From contig CBEVQO010000002.1 in the NCBI GenBank assembly GCA_965552055.1, forward strand, positions 96,001 to 160,000: a stretch of DNA of 64,000 nucleotides, read 5' to 3'. A program made the position numbers and the translations under genes. Under the pieces are notes generated by a model, which searched no databases, was not told where the DNA came from, and worked only from the letters and a program-made list of their open reading frames with translations. Of the stretch, positions 19,762 through 29,079 are shown in pieces (position 1 is the stretch's first letter; each line of letters starts with the position of its first letter). Origin of the DNA: an uncultured bacterium. Lineage in GTDB: Bacteria; Hydrothermota; UBA3073; NMUJ01; CBEVQO01.

Positions 19762-22593
19762 TAACTTTTCTAAATTTCCAAACAAATTTGTTTTCCTTTC
19801 TTTGATGGAAGAATGATGTATCTCCAGTAGTTTTGAAATATCTTCTTCTGTGATCAAATAAACACGATTGCGTGCCCTTGTTACGGCAGTATAAAGCATC
19901 TCACGGGTTAAAAAACTTTTGCTTAATCCTTTTGGAATTACAACTATCACATTGTCAAAATCACTACCCTGACTCTTATGGATGGTAATCGCATAAGCGT
20001 AATCAAGTTGTGAGAATTCATTTCTCTTATATTTAACCTCCCGATTTAAACAATGAAAATATATTTTCCGCTTTTTCACATAGATTTCTTTATCTTTCAC
20101 ATAGCCTATCATACCATTGAAAACCCATTTATCATAATTATTTACATTTTGGATAACCTTATCCTTTATTTTTTCTCTACACCAGAAATCATTCACATAC
20201 ATTTCGTCCTTCAATTCATCTGGTATAAATTTTGATTCACTCCTTATAAAATGATTTATCAATAAAGATGAAATTCTTCCTTTTTGACGGGTAGGTGTCA
20301 AAATTTCGAGTGCATCTTTTATGACCTCAAATTCAAAGAAATCGCCTTCACCATACTCTTCCATTATAACTTCTATTGCTTTTTCGATTTCTCCTTTTAT
20401 ATCTCCTTTCCCTATATGTTTAACAGTAACAACGGGTTTTCCTTCCTCATTTTTCAAACTATAAATCTCACCTTTAATTTCGTCACCGATTTTTATCCGT
20501 TCTTTACTTTGCATCATTTCTCTGAGAACTTTAATTTTCTCTCTTTCGGGTACACTTTCGAGGAAAAGTTTTGAGAATTCGGTTATTTTCTTTTGATTTG
20601 CTCTATAAATTTTACTCAATTCAACTATTTTGCCTTTTCCTGTATTTTTAAAGAAATTGTAAATATCATGAAATGGCTTGCCTGCCTCTACCGGGGGCAA
20701 TTGATTTACATCTCCCACAAATATAATGTGTTCCAGTGTATGCTTTTTTATTATCCTGAATAAATCTGCAAGCAATGATGTGCCAACCATTGATGCCTCA
20801 TCAATTATGAGTGCATGTATAGACAATTTTTTATCTTCTGGTATTCTCCTTTTTAAAACATAATAATCAAAATCAAAAAATTCTTTCATCTCTTGGGCAA
20901 TCAATCTATGAATTGTTGTTGCTTTTTCTCCTCCTATTTCTTTATTTATTTTTACAGTTGCTTTACCTGTTGGAGCCACGATTCTAACTTTTGCAAGTCC
21001 ATTTATCTGCAATGTATTTACTATTGCCCCAATTGTATGTGTCTTACCGCTCCCAGCAGGTCCAGTCAAAATACTAACATTAGAACTCAATACCTCTCTT
21101 ACTGCTGATATTTGCTCCAAATCAAATTTATCATCTTCGGGATACCTGTAGCCGATAGTGCCTTTTTTGAGTAATTCCTTTATCATTTCTTCTATTAGTT
21201 TTTCATCTTCTTTTACATCCTTCAAAGTAAAAATAATATCTTCTTCTCTTCTCTCAATTTCTACCTTTTCTCTGATGTAATCTTCGTATTGAGTAATCTT
21301 TTCAATAAAAGTATCAATGTCCATCGAAAGTTTTTCTCCTTTTTCCTTTAAATCGTTTAATGTAATAGAGGTATTGCCTTTTTTGAGTTCCTCTTTTAAA
21401 ATCTTTATGAGTAAAGCCCTTATTCTTTCTTTTGAGTAAGGAGAATAAAATCTTTTTCTGTATTTTTGCTCCCAGTTGTCTATCTCATCAAATGTTATAG
21501 GATGAATATCTTCTTTTGGATTGTAAATCATTTCTTCGCACAATAAATAAGGATTATTCTTTTCAACGAGATTTTTAATGTTTATAAAATTCTTTCTGAT
21601 TTGTTTCTTTATCTCTACCAGTTGTGATGGTAAAATTTCGTAATAAATTGCATAATCGTATAAGAATTTATGGAAATTATCGTTTTTGTGTATGATTTTT
21701 TCAAGTTCTTTTCTCATTTCTTCTTCACCTTCTTCTCCTTTTTCTTCCCATTTTGTAATGAATTGGGAGTATATTTCTCCAAAAGGCTCTTTGCCTTCCT
21801 TCAGCACATACATAACCGCTGGTAAGCCCGGATAAATAAATTTTCTGCCCTCAAGTTCCTCCAGTGCCATCTGAATCCGTGCAGGAAATTCTTCAAGCCT
21901 TAAAGCATCTTTTCTGAAATCCATATCTTCAATATATGCTTTTAGTTTCCCATCATCGTATTGTAAGATTTTCTCCAATTTTTTCAACGCCTCTTTAAGT
22001 ATAACACATGAAATTTCTGTTACAACGAAGTTTGCCATATTGCTAAAATATAACTTCCATTCGGGTCTAATATCAAGAACAAGGTCATCGGGAAAATCCT
22101 TGCCATATTCTTCAAAGTATTCTATCATCTCCTGATACGGAAGGATAAAAATTATATCTTCGGGCTTGAACTCAAAATCTATGAGTAACCCCTTTTTATC
22201 TTCTTTTAATTTTATATCGGAAGCTTTTGCACATCCTACTATTATTCTATTTTCGGAAAGTGGATTTTCACGGCAATAAAAGAATAAATAAGTACCTTTA
22301 CCCATCCTGCTTAAAAATTGATAAGTTTCTTCTTTTCTTAATCCTTTTATTCCGAAAAATTTACTGCTTCCTTTAAATTCACTGAAGAGTCCTATTTCCC
22401 ATACACAAGCTTCCCAGTTTAATGGAGGTTTTTTATCGGCAAATTCACCGCATCTTAATCTATCTCTGCTATATTTTCCGCGTCTTATATGCGAAAATGA
22501 TTCGCAATATTTATTCGCTAGCGGATTCCTGCAAATCCGCCCATTCCAGCCACTATCATGCCAGCATATAAGTATGGTAAGACATTTCATCAT
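19747..22593 (-). CDS. RecD-like SF1B helicase with N-terminal WHDxGWNGRIC domain (no C-terminal nuclease)
   Basis: GPAGSGKT, APTGKA, TIHRL, IIDEASM, GDVNQLPPV, FNGMIG, AITIHKSQGSD, YTAVTRA; SD GGAGG before ATG 22593. Confidence 0.88.
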   Translation of the reverse strand: MMKCLTILICWHDSGWNGRICRNPLANKYCESFSHIRRGKYSRDRLRCGEFADKKPPLNWEACVWEIGLFSEFKGSSKFFGIKGLRKEETYQFLSRMGKGTYLFFYCRENPLSENRIIVGCAKASDIKLKEDKKGLLIDFEFKPEDIIFILPYQEMIEYFEEYGKDFPDDLVLDIRPEWKLYFSNMANFVVTEISCVILKEALKKLEKILQYDDGKLKAYIEDMDFRKDALRLEEFPARIQMALEELEGRKFIYPGLPAVMYVLKEGKEPFGEIYSQFITKWEEKGEEGEEEMRKELEKIIHKNDNFHKFLYDYAIYYEILPSQLVEIKKQIRKNFINIKNLVEKNNPYLLCEEMIYNPKEDIHPITFDEIDNWEQKYRKRFYSPYSKERIRALLIKILKEELKKGNTSITLNDLKEKGEKLSMDIDTFIEKITQYEDYIREKVEIERREEDIIFTLKDVKEDEKLIEEMIKELLKKGTIGYRYPEDDKFDLEQISAVREVLSSNVSILTGPAGSGKTHTIGAIVNTLQINGLAKVRIVAPTGKATVKINKEIGGEKATTIHRLIAQEMKEFFDFDYYVLKRRIPEDKKLSIHALIIDEASMVGTSLLADLFRIIKKHTLEHIIFVGDVNQLPPVEAGKPFHDIYNFFKNTGKGKIVELSKIYRANQKKITEFSKLFLESVPEREKIKVLREMMQSKERIKIGDEIKGEIYSLKNEEGKPVVTVKHIGKGDIKGEIEKAIEVIMEEYGEGDFFEFEVIKDALEILTPTRQKGRISSLLINHFIRSESKFIPDELKDEMYVNDFWCREKIKDKVIQNVNNYDKWVFNGMIGYVKDKEIYVKKRKIYFHCLNREVKYKRNEFSQLDYAYAITIHKSQGSDFDNVIVVIPKGLSKSFLTREMLYTAVTRARNRVYLITEEDISKLLEIHHSSIKERKTNLFGNLEKLCKKT

Positions 22594-22624
22594 AGCGGCA
22601 CCTCCATTACTATCTTCTCTCCTT

Positions 22625-23323
22625 TCAAATATCCAAAAATTTTGTCGTTCGTTTGACAGCGTTTTCAATCTCTCTCATATCCTGTGCTGTTAGCGGAGGA
22701 GAATATATACCCCTTACCACCCACAATCCCGATTTTCTTATTTCCCATTTCGGAGAATGTAACCCAAGCCAGTTAGAGGAAGGTTTACATAGCGAACAAT
22801 TTGCCAAAGTACCTATGAGCTTGTTTTCTATCTCTTTCCTGTTGCTTTCATTATCCCATAAAATAAACCTGAAACTGAATTGAGTGCGCAATATTTGGGT
22901 TATTTTTTCTTCTATTTCTTTCTCTTTTTCAATATCTCTCAAGTGACCGAATCTCTCTCGATTTTTTCTTGGAGTAAAATCAATTTCCCATACTTCGAGA
23001 TATGGGTCGTTTTCTCGATTCAACAATGCCCTGCCTAAATTTTTTCTAAAGATACTTCTATCGGAAGGTTTCGGTTTATTTCTATTCCATTCTGTTCTCC
23101 TATTTATAAGAAAATGGTCAGCGATGCGTGATTTAAAATTTTCTTTCTTATGTGTGCCAACACGAACAATCCTCATCTTTTCGCCACCATGTCCCCATTT
23201 CTCTCCTTCTTCATAGAAAAAATAAATTCCACTATCGGGTAGTGTAACAATATCAAAAGGATACTTTATTACAGGTAGTGTCTCCAGAATTTCATGTAAC
23301 CATTTACATTTTTCTTCTATCAT
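22625..23323 (-). CDS. Putative GIY-YIG-like nuclease
   Basis: SGIYFF...IVRVGT...FKSRIADH...EIENKLI pattern. Confidence 0.6.
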   Translation of the reverse strand: MIEEKCKWLHEILETLPVIKYPFDIVTLPDSGIYFFYEEGEKWGHGGEKMRIVRVGTHKKENFKSRIADHFLINRRTEWNRNKPKPSDRSIFRKNLGRALLNRENDPYLEVWEIDFTPRKNRERFGHLRDIEKEKEIEEKITQILRTQFSFRFILWDNESNRKEIENKLIGTLANCSLCKPSSNWLGLHSPKWEIRKSGLWVVRGIYSPPLTAQDMREIENAVKRTTKFLDI

Positions 23324-23347
23324 CGTTCCTCCTTATTATTAAATCTT

Positions 23348-23554
23348 TTATTCCTGTTCGACTTTGGGTTCCCAATTTCCGCACACTTCGTTATCTCTCC
23401 TTTTATCCTGCCAGTATCCGCACCAGCCCTCTGCAGATGTTTCGCCCTCTTCACAGGTAACTTCAATATACCCTGTCGCAGGATTGTAGTAACTGCCACT
23501 AAAATATTTGCAAGTAGCACAACATCTTATATCTGGTCTGATTGAATAACGCAT
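23348..23554 (-). CDS. Small Cys-rich (Zn-binding?) protein
   Basis: CCATCKYF...C...GWC...C..WE; SD GGAGGGG; coupled to the AGOG stop codon. Confidence 0.6.
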   Translation of the reverse strand: MRYSIRPDIRCCATCKYFSGSYYNPATGYIEVTCEEGETSAEGWCGYWQDKRRDNEVCGNWEPKVEQE

Positions 23555-24330
23555 TACCCCTCCTTTTTTATTTTTACAAGTTTTTCACCTATTTCCTTTA
23601 TCCCCAATTTTTCAAAATATTTAATGATTTCGCTCGGTGTCAGGGGTGCTATCTGCCATATTAAACTATCAAGATGCAACATTGTTATTCTTTTATCGTT
23701 TTTCCTGATTTCAGTTAAAATCTCTGTCCATACTTGCCTTATTTCTTCATCCGATTGTATGCCAAATAACTCTTTGGTAAATTTTCTGACCCTTGAATCA
23801 ACCGGAATGGGAATCGGTGTAAAATCAAAATTGTGCTCACCTTTTATTAACAGTGCGATACCGAGGCATTTCATCGCAAAACAAATTGTTTTCGCAGATT
23901 TATTCTGCCCCATTATAAAAGCAAGTTTATTCCATATATTCAGGAAATCTGTTGCAATACTTTGTGGAGTGCTTTCCCATATTTCTCTTGCAAGTTCACT
24001 TCTAAAATATTTTTCAAGGCGATTTAATTTTGCTGTTCTCATTCTTTCATTTTCGTAGAATCTTGCAAGATAAAGATGAAGTTCTTTTAATGTGGAAGGT
24101 GCAGGTAGATTCTGGAGTTTCTGTCTTATCACGGGCCAGTATGCTATTTCTGCTTTGCCTTTTAGCTGATAATCATTCAGTCCCACAGCGAGCATAAGAT
24201 TTGCGAATGCACCGAATTTGTATCTGTCAGCAAATATGTGAAGATGCTTCCACTCGGGCTCATTATGTACAATGCTGTCCCATGCATTATAAGGTATTTG
24301 ACCCAATATTTTGGCAATTTCTCCTTTCAT
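23554..24330 (-). CDS. N-glycosylase/DNA lyase, AGOG family (archaeal-type 8-oxoG glycosylase)
   Basis: DYQLKGKAE..YW, AKTICFAMK, IPIPVDSRV, HLDSLIW. Confidence 0.8.
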   Translation of the reverse strand: MKGEIAKILGQIPYNAWDSIVHNEPEWKHLHIFADRYKFGAFANLMLAVGLNDYQLKGKAEIAYWPVIRQKLQNLPAPSTLKELHLYLARFYENERMRTAKLNRLEKYFRSELAREIWESTPQSIATDFLNIWNKLAFIMGQNKSAKTICFAMKCLGIALLIKGEHNFDFTPIPIPVDSRVRKFTKELFGIQSDEEIRQVWTEILTEIRKNDKRITMLHLDSLIWQIAPLTPSEIIKYFEKLGIKEIGEKLVKIKKEG

Positions 24331-24342
24331 TTCACCCCTCTT

Positions 24343-27300
24343 TTATTTAAATTTTATTTCTTTTACTTTTTTATCCGATACATCGTAAAACTCAATCACT
24401 TCTAATCGAGGGAATTTTTCTTTTGTTATTTTACTCACATCGCAATCTTCATCAACTTTTAATCTTTTTATATTTTTAGGTAATTTTTCGGGGTCAATTG
24501 AACTAATTTTTATCGGCCAAACTCTCCTCATATCAACTTCTTCTACTTCATCAAGTTTACTTAAATCAATATCATGCGCACCTATTCTTTTAACACTTCG
24601 AGGTATAACATCGTAGGTTAACTTCTTTAAAGGTGTTTTCCTAACATCAAGTTCTTCAAGTTCTTCCATTCCGCTCAAATCTATTTCTCTCAAATTTTCA
24701 CATCTATAAGCATCTATCCTTTTCACTCTCTTTGGTAACTTTCTGTAATCAAGAGAGGTTATGGAAGTCCAGCTTACATCAAGTTCTTCAATCTCTTCAA
24801 GTTCACTCAAATCTATATCACCTGCTCCTATTTTCTTTACACTACGCGGTATAACATAATAGGTCAACTTCTTTAAAGGGGTTTCCCTTACATCAAGCAC
24901 TTCAAGTCCTTCCACCCCGCTCAAATCTATTTCTCTCAAATTTTCGCACCGCCAAGCATCTATCCTTTTCACTCTCTTTGGTAACTTCCTGTAATCAAGA
25001 GAAGTTATGGAAGTCCATCTTACATCAAGCTCTTCAAGTTCTTCCATTCCACTCAAATTCATTTCTCTCAGATTTTTGCATCCGGAAGCATTTATCCGCC
25101 TCACTCTCTTTGGTAACTTTCTGTAATCAAGAGAGGTTATGGAAGTCCTGCTTACATCAAGTTCTTCAATCTCTTCGAGTTCACTTAAATCTATATCACC
25201 TGCTCCTATTTTCTTCACACTGCGGGGTATAACATCATAGGTCAACTTCTTTAAAGATGTTTCCCTAACATCAAGCTCTTCGATTCCTTCAATCCTGCTC
25301 AAATCTATTTCTTTCAGATTTTCGCACTCATAGACATCTATCCTTTTCACTCTCTTTGGCAATTTCCTGTAATCAAGAGAGGTTACGGAAGTCCTGCTTA
25401 TATTAAGTTCCGCAAGTCCTTCCATTCCACTCAAATCTATTTCTCTTAGATTTTGGCAGTAAGAAGCATCTATCCTTTTTACTTTCTCTGGTAACTTTCT
25501 GTAATCAAGAGAGGTTATGGAAGTCCAGCTTACGTCAAGTTCTTCAAGTTCTTCAAGTTCACTCAAATCTATATCACCTGCTCCTATTTTCTTTACACTG
25601 CGGGGTATAACATCATAGGTCAACTTCTTTAAAGGTGTTTCCTTCACATCAAGTTTTTCAAGCCCTTCAATTCCACTCAAATCTATTTCTCTCAAATTTT
25701 TACACTTGGAGGCATATATCATTTTCACTCTCTTTGGCAATTTATTAAGAGAAGTTATGGAAGTCCTGCTTACATCAAGTTCTTCAAGCCCTTCCATCCT
25801 ACTCAAATCTATTTTTATCAGATTTTCGCACCGACGAGCATCTATCCTTTTAACTTTCTTTGGTAATTTCTTGTAATTAAGAGAAGTTATGGAAGTCCTA
25901 CTCACATCAAGTACTTCAAGTTCTTCCATTCTGCTCAAATCTATTCCTTTCAAATTTTCGCAGTCGGAAGCATTTATCATTTTCACTCTTTTCGGTAACT
26001 TCCTGTAATCAAGAGAGGTTATGGGAGTCTCATTTACATAAAGTTCTTCAAGTTCTTCCATTCCGCTCAAATCTATTTCTCTCAAATTTTCGCATTCAGG
26101 GGCATGCATCATTTTCACTCTCTTTGGTAACTTCCTGTAATCAAGAGAGGTTATGGGAGTCCAGCTTACATCAAGCACTTCAAGTTCTTCAAGTTCACTC
26201 AAATCTATATCACCTGCTCCTATTATCTTCACACTTCGAGGTATAACATCATAGGTCAGCTTCTTTAAATGTGTTTCCCTCACATCAAGCACTTCAAGTC
26301 CTTCAATTCCACTCAAATCTATTTCTCTCAGATTTTTGCAGTAAGAAGCATCTATCATTTTCACTCTCTTTGGTAACTTTCTGTAATCAAGAGAGGTTAT
26401 GGAAGTCACGCTTACATCAAGTTCATCAAGTTCTTCGAGCTTTTCAATTCCACTCAAATCTATTTCTCTGAGATTTTCGCACCACGAAGCATCTATCTTT
26501 TTCACTCTTTTTGGTAATTTCTTGTAATCAAGAGAGGTTATGGAAGTCCTGCTTACATCAAGTTCTTCAATCTCTTCAAGTTCACTTAAATCTATATCAC
26601 CTGCTCCTATTTTCTTCACACTGCGAGGTATAACATCATAGGTCAACTTCTTTAAAGGTGTTTCCCTCACATCAAGTTCTTCAAGCCCTTCAATTCCGCT
26701 CAAATCTATTTCTTTCAAATTTTCGCAGTCGGAAGCATTTATCTTTTTCACTCTTTTTGGTAATTTCCGGTAATCAAGAGAGGTTATGGAAGTCCCGCTT
26801 ACATTAAGTGTTTCAAGTTCTTTCATTCCACTCAAATCTATTTCTCTGAGATTTTTGCATCCAGAAGCATCTATCCATTTCACTCTCTTTGGTAATTTCT
26901 TAAGAGAGGTTATGGAAGTCCTACTCACATTAAGCACTTCGAGTTCTTCCACCCCGCTCAAATCTATTTCTTTCAAATTTTCGCAGTCGGAAGCATTTAT
27001 CTTTTTCACTCTTTTTGGTAATTTCCGGTAATCAAGAGAGGTTATGGAAGTCCCGCTTACATTAAGTGTTTCAAGTTCTTTCATTCCACTCAAATCTATT
27101 TCTCTGAGATTTTTGCATCCAGAAGCATCTATCCATTTCACTCTCTTTGGTAATTTCTTAAGAGAGGTTATGGAAGTCCTACTCACATTAAGCACTTCGA
27201 GTTCTTCCATTCCGCTCAAATCTATTTCTTTCAAATTTTCGCACCACGAAGCATCTATCTTTTTCACTCTCTTTGGTGACTTTCTGTAATCAAGAGAGGT

Positions 27301-27702
27301 TATGGAAGTCCCGCTTACATTAAGTTCTTCAAGTTCTTCAAATTCACTCAAATCTATTTCACCTGCTCTTATTCTCTTCACACTTCGAGGTATGACATCA
27401 CAGGTCAACTTCTTTAAAGGTGTTTCTCTCACATCAAGTTCTTCAAGTTCTTCCATTCCGCTCAAATCTATTTCTCTCAAATTTTCGCATCCATAAGCAT
27501 CTATCTTTTTCACTCTCTTTGGTAACTTTCTGTAATCAAGAGAGGTTATAGAAGTCTCGCTCACATCAAGTTCCTTAATTTCTTCGAGTTTATGCAGGTC
27601 ATCGCTTTCATACACTTCTGCATCTTCTATACGCAATTCTCTAATGAATTCATCCCATACCACTTTGACTCCCCACTTTTTCAAAAATTCTTCCATTTTC
27701 AT
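24343..27702 (-). CDS. Large cytoplasmic leucine-rich repeat protein
   Basis: 1119 aa of alternating LEELDVSxTSITSLDYRKLPKRVK and xIDAxxCxNLREIDLSG units; no signal peptide. Confidence 0.9.
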   Translation of the reverse strand: MKMEEFLKKWGVKVVWDEFIRELRIEDAEVYESDDLHKLEEIKELDVSETSITSLDYRKLPKRVKKIDAYGCENLREIDLSGMEELEELDVRETPLKKLTCDVIPRSVKRIRAGEIDLSEFEELEELNVSGTSITSLDYRKSPKRVKKIDASWCENLKEIDLSGMEELEVLNVSRTSITSLKKLPKRVKWIDASGCKNLREIDLSGMKELETLNVSGTSITSLDYRKLPKRVKKINASDCENLKEIDLSGVEELEVLNVSRTSITSLKKLPKRVKWIDASGCKNLREIDLSGMKELETLNVSGTSITSLDYRKLPKRVKKINASDCENLKEIDLSGIEGLEELDVRETPLKKLTYDVIPRSVKKIGAGDIDLSELEEIEELDVSRTSITSLDYKKLPKRVKKIDASWCENLREIDLSGIEKLEELDELDVSVTSITSLDYRKLPKRVKMIDASYCKNLREIDLSGIEGLEVLDVRETHLKKLTYDVIPRSVKIIGAGDIDLSELEELEVLDVSWTPITSLDYRKLPKRVKMMHAPECENLREIDLSGMEELEELYVNETPITSLDYRKLPKRVKMINASDCENLKGIDLSRMEELEVLDVSRTSITSLNYKKLPKKVKRIDARRCENLIKIDLSRMEGLEELDVSRTSITSLNKLPKRVKMIYASKCKNLREIDLSGIEGLEKLDVKETPLKKLTYDVIPRSVKKIGAGDIDLSELEELEELDVSWTSITSLDYRKLPEKVKRIDASYCQNLREIDLSGMEGLAELNISRTSVTSLDYRKLPKRVKRIDVYECENLKEIDLSRIEGIEELDVRETSLKKLTYDVIPRSVKKIGAGDIDLSELEEIEELDVSRTSITSLDYRKLPKRVRRINASGCKNLREMNLSGMEELEELDVRWTSITSLDYRKLPKRVKRIDAWRCENLREIDLSGVEGLEVLDVRETPLKKLTYYVIPRSVKKIGAGDIDLSELEEIEELDVSWTSITSLDYRKLPKRVKRIDAYRCENLREIDLSGMEELEELDVRKTPLKKLTYDVIPRSVKRIGAHDIDLSKLDEVEEVDMRRVWPIKISSIDPEKLPKNIKRLKVDEDCDVSKITKEKFPRLEVIEFYDVSDKKVKEIKFK
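26696..27243. repeat. Near-perfect 258-bp tandem duplication within the LRR gene
   Basis: Sequence from 26701 recurs at 26959 (86 codons). Confidence 0.85.
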
Positions 27703-27715
27703 TTTACCCCTCCCA

Positions 27716-28402
27716 TTATAATGTTGTGAGGTCTAATTTTATTTTCAGTAAAATTTCTTTTTCTTTTCTTATGATGCATAGGAAACTCTTTTTCTCAATT
27801 GGGAAAGTTACCTCTTTTTCACCCACCGCTATGAGATTGGCATCTTCATACACCTCAAACACAAAATCTTTAATTTCTTCTTCCTTCTCTTTATCCTTAA
27901 CCTTTTCCACTATTAATTTTATTTTGCCATCTAAATTTACAAATTTTAAAGTTGCATCTACTTTTTTTGAAGTTACTTCATATATGCTTTCCCTAAGCGT
28001 TGCTGTCCTGTGCTTGTGAGGTCCTCCTCGCAGTGCACGACGCCTTGCCTTCATTCTAACCTTTGCGGAAATGTTCCATAGATTAACAATGTTTAAAAAA
28101 TATGCTCCACGGCGTGTTATTAAAAAGGCAATCACAGGTAGTTTCGCAAGATTCTTTATCCTTTCTTTTTCTTCAGCCGATAATTTCATTTCTTCATCCC
28201 AGCAAAAATCTATAACCCTCTGTAAACAATAATCGCAAACCTCAAGATGACTGATGAATTGCAGATGTTGATAAAGAGGAAGTTTTCCTTTTAAAAATTT
28301 CACAATATAATCATCATCGTATTTATCACATTTTCTGGATAATGCCCTTTCTCTGTAAACAGAAGATAGCCATTGGAGTGCCTTTTCGAACTCGTCCTTC
28401 AT
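27716..28402 (-). CDS. Zinc-finger (zf-HC2/ZAS) anti-sigma factor 2
   Basis: FISHLEVCDYC; C-terminal domain similar to anti-sigma 1 (KDKE..NLIA..IRKEK). Confidence 0.78.
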   Translation of the reverse strand: MKDEFEKALQWLSSVYRERALSRKCDKYDDDYIVKFLKGKLPLYQHLQFISHLEVCDYCLQRVIDFCWDEEMKLSAEEKERIKNLAKLPVIAFLITRRGAYFLNIVNLWNISAKVRMKARRRALRGGPHKHRTATLRESIYEVTSKKVDATLKFVNLDGKIKLIVEKVKDKEKEEEIKDFVFEVYEDANLIAVGEKEVTFPIEKKSFLCIIRKEKEILLKIKLDLTTL

Positions 28403-29079
28403 CCTATCTCCTTTTCAACTTCTTTCCATAATTTCTCCAATTCTTTTTTGATGTCGGTGAGAATCCTGCTCACATAATTTGGAGTTTTGTTGACTATGCG
28501 GGATATCCGGCGGGGAGGGAGACCCTCCCCTTCTAAATAACTTTGAATCCATACCCTCGCTATGAACTTCTTTGCGCCACGAAGCTTCTGCAGGTAGGCG
28601 TCAACTTTTGTTCGAAAGAGTTTCAGTTTCTTTTCAAATCTTTTTTCTTCCTCTTCCTGTATTATCTCACCTTCAAGGTCATCCGTTACTTTTGAAGAGA
28701 TTAAAGATTCTACATCACTATCTTCGTCTTTTGCTAAATCAGTAAATGGTATTATCTGTGGTTCTTTCTTTTCTTTACGAAGCTGGTTCATAAGCCAGTA
28801 TTTGAAGCATTTATTACTCCATGCGAGAAATGAGCCTTTTTCTGGATTGAATTTTTTAATTTGTTTTCCCATAATGAGATAATAGTACAAGAATCTACAA
28901 ACGAATTCTTCGATTTTTGTGGAAGAAAAGTAAATGTTCTTTGAGATAAGCAATCGCTTGCATCTTTTCCAGAACAGCTCTATTACTTTTTCGATATCAC
29001 CAAACATTTTGGCACAAGATTCATCTTTACACCTATAACATTCCATTGCGTATTTTTTGATTATAATGTCTTTCACCAA
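28399..29079 (-). CDS. ECF-type sigma70 factor 2
   Basis: KFNPEKGSFLAWSNKCFKYWLMNQLRK (region 2); ISRIVNKTPNYVSRILTDIKKEL (region 4). Confidence 0.72.
   Translation of the reverse strand: MVKDIIIKKYAMECYRCKDESCAKMFGDIEKVIELFWKRCKRLLISKNIYFSSTKIEEFVCRFLYYYLIMGKQIKKFNPEKGSFLAWSNKCFKYWLMNQLRKEKKEPQIIPFTDLAKDEDSDVESLISSKVTDDLEGEIIQEEEEKRFEKKLKLFRTKVDAYLQKLRGAKKFIARVWIQSYLEGEGLPPRRISRIVNKTPNYVSRILTDIKKELEKLWKEVEKEIG

Noticed and set aside
24343..27702. LRR repeats as a CRISPR array or DGR target
   Set aside because: The repeats are in-frame coding units without unique spacers. There is no reverse transcriptase or template repeat in the window, and variable codons include TGG/CGG, which do not fit adenine-specific mutagenesis of AAY codons.
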